From: the human T2T-CHM13v2.0 reference genome, Homo sapiens
Strand: one strand, 5' to 3'
DNA: 64,000 nt
Assembly (NCBI RefSeq): GCF_009914755.1
Contig: NC_060926.1
The notes under the pieces are model-generated. The model was not told the DNA's origin, searched no databases, and worked only from the letters and a program-made list of their open reading frames with translations. Shown piece after piece: positions 61,275-64,000 of this stretch. Numbering within the stretch: the first letter of the stretch is position 1; every line of letters starts with the position of its first letter. The translations under genes were made by a program, and so were the position numbers.

Positions 61275-63101
61275 GAAAAAAAGAAAGAAGCAGCAGTAAG
61301 TCCTCATCTGTTCAGGTTTTCTCATGAGATTGCATATCATCAGGTTGTAGTTCTCTTGCTATTTCCATCACATCTGCAGTTACTTTCTTCACTGAAGTCT
61401 TAAACCCCCCAAAGTCATTCATGAAGGTTTGAATCAACCTCTTCCAAACTCCTGTGAATGTTGAGAGTTTGATCTCCTCCCATGAATTATAATTCTTAAT
61501 GGCATCTCGAATGGTGAATTCTTTCTACAACATTTTCAGTTTACTTTGCCCAGATTTATCAGAGGAATCACCGTCTATGGCAACTATAGCCTTATAAAAT
61601 ATATTTCTTAAATAGTAGACTTGAAAGCCAAAATTCCTGCTTGATCCATGGGCTACAGAATGGATGTGTTCACAAGCATGAAAACAACATTAAGCTTCTT
61701 GTACATCTTCATTAAGCTCCATGTATATGTGAAGATGTACACCAATGCTCTGGTCACCGAAGAGCAATGCACCAATGGTGCATTGTCAATGAGCAGTAAT
61801 ATTTTGAAAGAAATATTTTTTTTTTTCTGAGAAGTAGGTCTCAACAGTGGACTTAAAATAGTCAGTAAACAGAGATGCCATCATCCAGGCTTTGTTCTTT
61901 CATTTCTAGAGCACGAGCAGAGTAGATCTAGCATAATTCTTAAGGGCCCTAGGATTTTCAGAATGTCAAATGAGCATTGGCTTCAACTTAAAGTCATCAG
62001 CTGCATTAGCCCTTAGAACAAGAGAGTCAGCCTATCCTTTGAAGCTTTGAAGCCAGGCATCGACTTCTCCTCTCTAGCTATGAAAGTCCTAGATGTTATC
62101 TTCCAATATAAGGCTGTCTCATCTACATTGAAAATCTGTTGTTTAGTGTAGCCACCTTCATCAATGATGTTGGCTAGATCTTCTGGCTAACTAACTTACT
62201 GCAGCTTCCATATCAGCACTTGCTGATTCCCCTTGTACTTTTATATTTTGGAGACTGCTTCTTTCCTTAAACCTCATGAAGCAGCCTCTGCTAGCTTTAA
62301 ACTTTTCTTCTGGCACTTCCTCATCTCTCTCAGCTTTCACAGAATTGAAAAGAGTTTGTGTTTTGCTCTTGATTAGGCTTCAGCTTAAAGGAATGTTGTG
62401 GCTGGTTTGATCTTCTGTCTCAACCACTCAAACTTTCTCCATATTGGCAAAAAGGCTGTTTTGCTTTTTTGTCATCTGTGTATTCAATGGAGTAGCATGT
62501 TTAATTTCTTTCAAGAGCTTTTCTGTTCTATTCACATCCTGGCTAACTATTTGGCATAAGAGGCCTACCTTTCAGCCTGCCTTGGCTTTTGACATACCTT
62601 CCTCACTAAGCTTGATCATTTCTAGCTTTTGATTTAAAGTGAGTCACATGTGACTGTTCCTTTCACTCAGCCACTTAAAGACCATCGTAGGGTTATTAAC
62701 TGGCCTAATTTCAATATTGTTGTATCTCAGGGATCAGGGAGGCCTGAAGAGAAGGAGAGAGACAGGGTAATGACCAGTTTGTGGAGCAGTCAGGACACAT
62801 ACAACATTTATTAAGTTCACTGTCTTATATGGACACGGTTCAAGGTGCCCCAAAACAAATACAAAAGTAACATCAAAAAATCACTGATCATAGATCACCA
62901 TAACAGATATAATAATAATAATAAAATTTGAAATCAATTGTAAGAATCACCAAAATGCGACAGAGACACCAAGTGAGCATGTTGTTGAAAAATGGTGCCA
63001 ATAGACTTGTTTGATGCAGAGTTGCCACAAACTCAATTTGTAAAAACCACAGTCATTGTGAAGCACGATAAAGTGAAATGCAATAAAATGAGGTGTGCTT
63101 G
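60721..63101 (-). mobile_element. Tigger1 DNA transposon (decayed transposase, one end missing) with nested Alu monomer (about 61116-61290)
   Basis: Minus-strand peptides FKILLLIDNAP (DDE region) and [23 protein letters not shown] end aaaatgaggtgtgcttg near 63100. Alu monomer TSD aagtcctca. Confidence 0.92.
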
Positions 63102-64000
63102 TGCTTAAACATTGTAGATGCTCCATACTTTTCTTGATAAGTAAATACATTTTTTGAAACTTTTCTCAGACTTACCATGATATAACATGAGCTGATGGGA
63201 ATGAATCCTTAACTCTTCTGCTCTAAACATAGAATAACATATGGCTAAAACTTCTTTAGGTATGAAGCTGAGTTTGAAATCAAGAAAGAAAGTCCCCCTA
63301 GTATTAGAATTAAAAAGGAAACTTCAAGTCAGAGTGCTAAGCAGAATCTTATGCCCAAACTGCTCATAGAATTGTTGCAATCAGATACAGGCCTTAAACA
63401 CTGGAGTTGGTTCTACTAATTGTCTCCCTGAAAGGAGATTACAGGCTTCAGACTGTAGGATTAAAGCTAAAACAGCTATTTAGATAAATCCGGGAGTCAT
63501 AAAGGGTTGGGCTGACTTTGAAATGGAGACTAAGGGAACTCTGCCCATCAGCCCAGTTAAGCAACAAGAAGGTTTATTAGTATCCCAGGATGATGAATGA
63601 GAAAATATCACCTGCAAGAAATAAAAAAAAACCAGTATGTGCCATGCCAAGATGGGGAGTCTGAAATCATGCTGACTATGTGGAAGGACTTTGAAGCCAG
63701 GAAATCAGCTAAAAAGGGATCCAATTCGTTTTTGTTGCTGTTTTGGTTTGGTTTGCTTTTCAGACCTGCTCCTTCTGTAAGGAATCCAGTTCTTTCATGC
63801 AAGTTGAGACAAAGAAAAAGTATCCTATAGGCTACTTTTCCACAGAGAACTCTCTTCTAATGAGTAGGTCATAGTCAAACATTGTAAATCATACCATAAA
63901 ACAAATAACTACGTTTGAGACTCAGCAGATGAAAGAAATGGAAGCCAAGGCTTAAAAAAGTAGAATAACCTGACAGAAATATTTACAAAGTATGTTTAAA

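Noticed and set aside
60717-62632. Domesticated Tigger transposase gene
   Set aside because: Multiple stops and frameshifts, an Alu insertion and an internal rearrangement.

Overview
Primate, almost certainly human, genomic DNA containing the complete three-exon myostatin gene (MSTN/GDF8) on the minus strand. The spliced CDS is 25956-25584, 23795-23422 and 20998-20618 (373+374+381 = 1128 nt, 375 aa), the introns are canonical GT-AG, and the promoter and 3'UTR are recognisable. The rest is AT-rich intergenic/intronic sequence full of interspersed repeats: a near full-length old L1PA, several L1 3' fragments, about 14 Alus, Tigger/Charlie DNA transposons, solo LTRs, MIR/L2 and microsatellites. 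I see no other protein-coding gene and no evidence of a wholly new biological system. The most interesting signals are: (1) a latent 1012-nt GT-AG intron inside MSTN exon 3 that would give a propeptide-only isoform with a 38-aa alternative tail; (2) a 3'UTR CpG one transition away from a miR-1/206 8-mer site, as in the Texel sheep allele; (3) an L1 whose endonuclease region is replaced by a 91-bp copy of its own flanking DNA; (4) several snap-back/templated-insertion scars. Repeat subfamily names are recalled from consensus sequences, not computed, and repeat boundaries are approximate.
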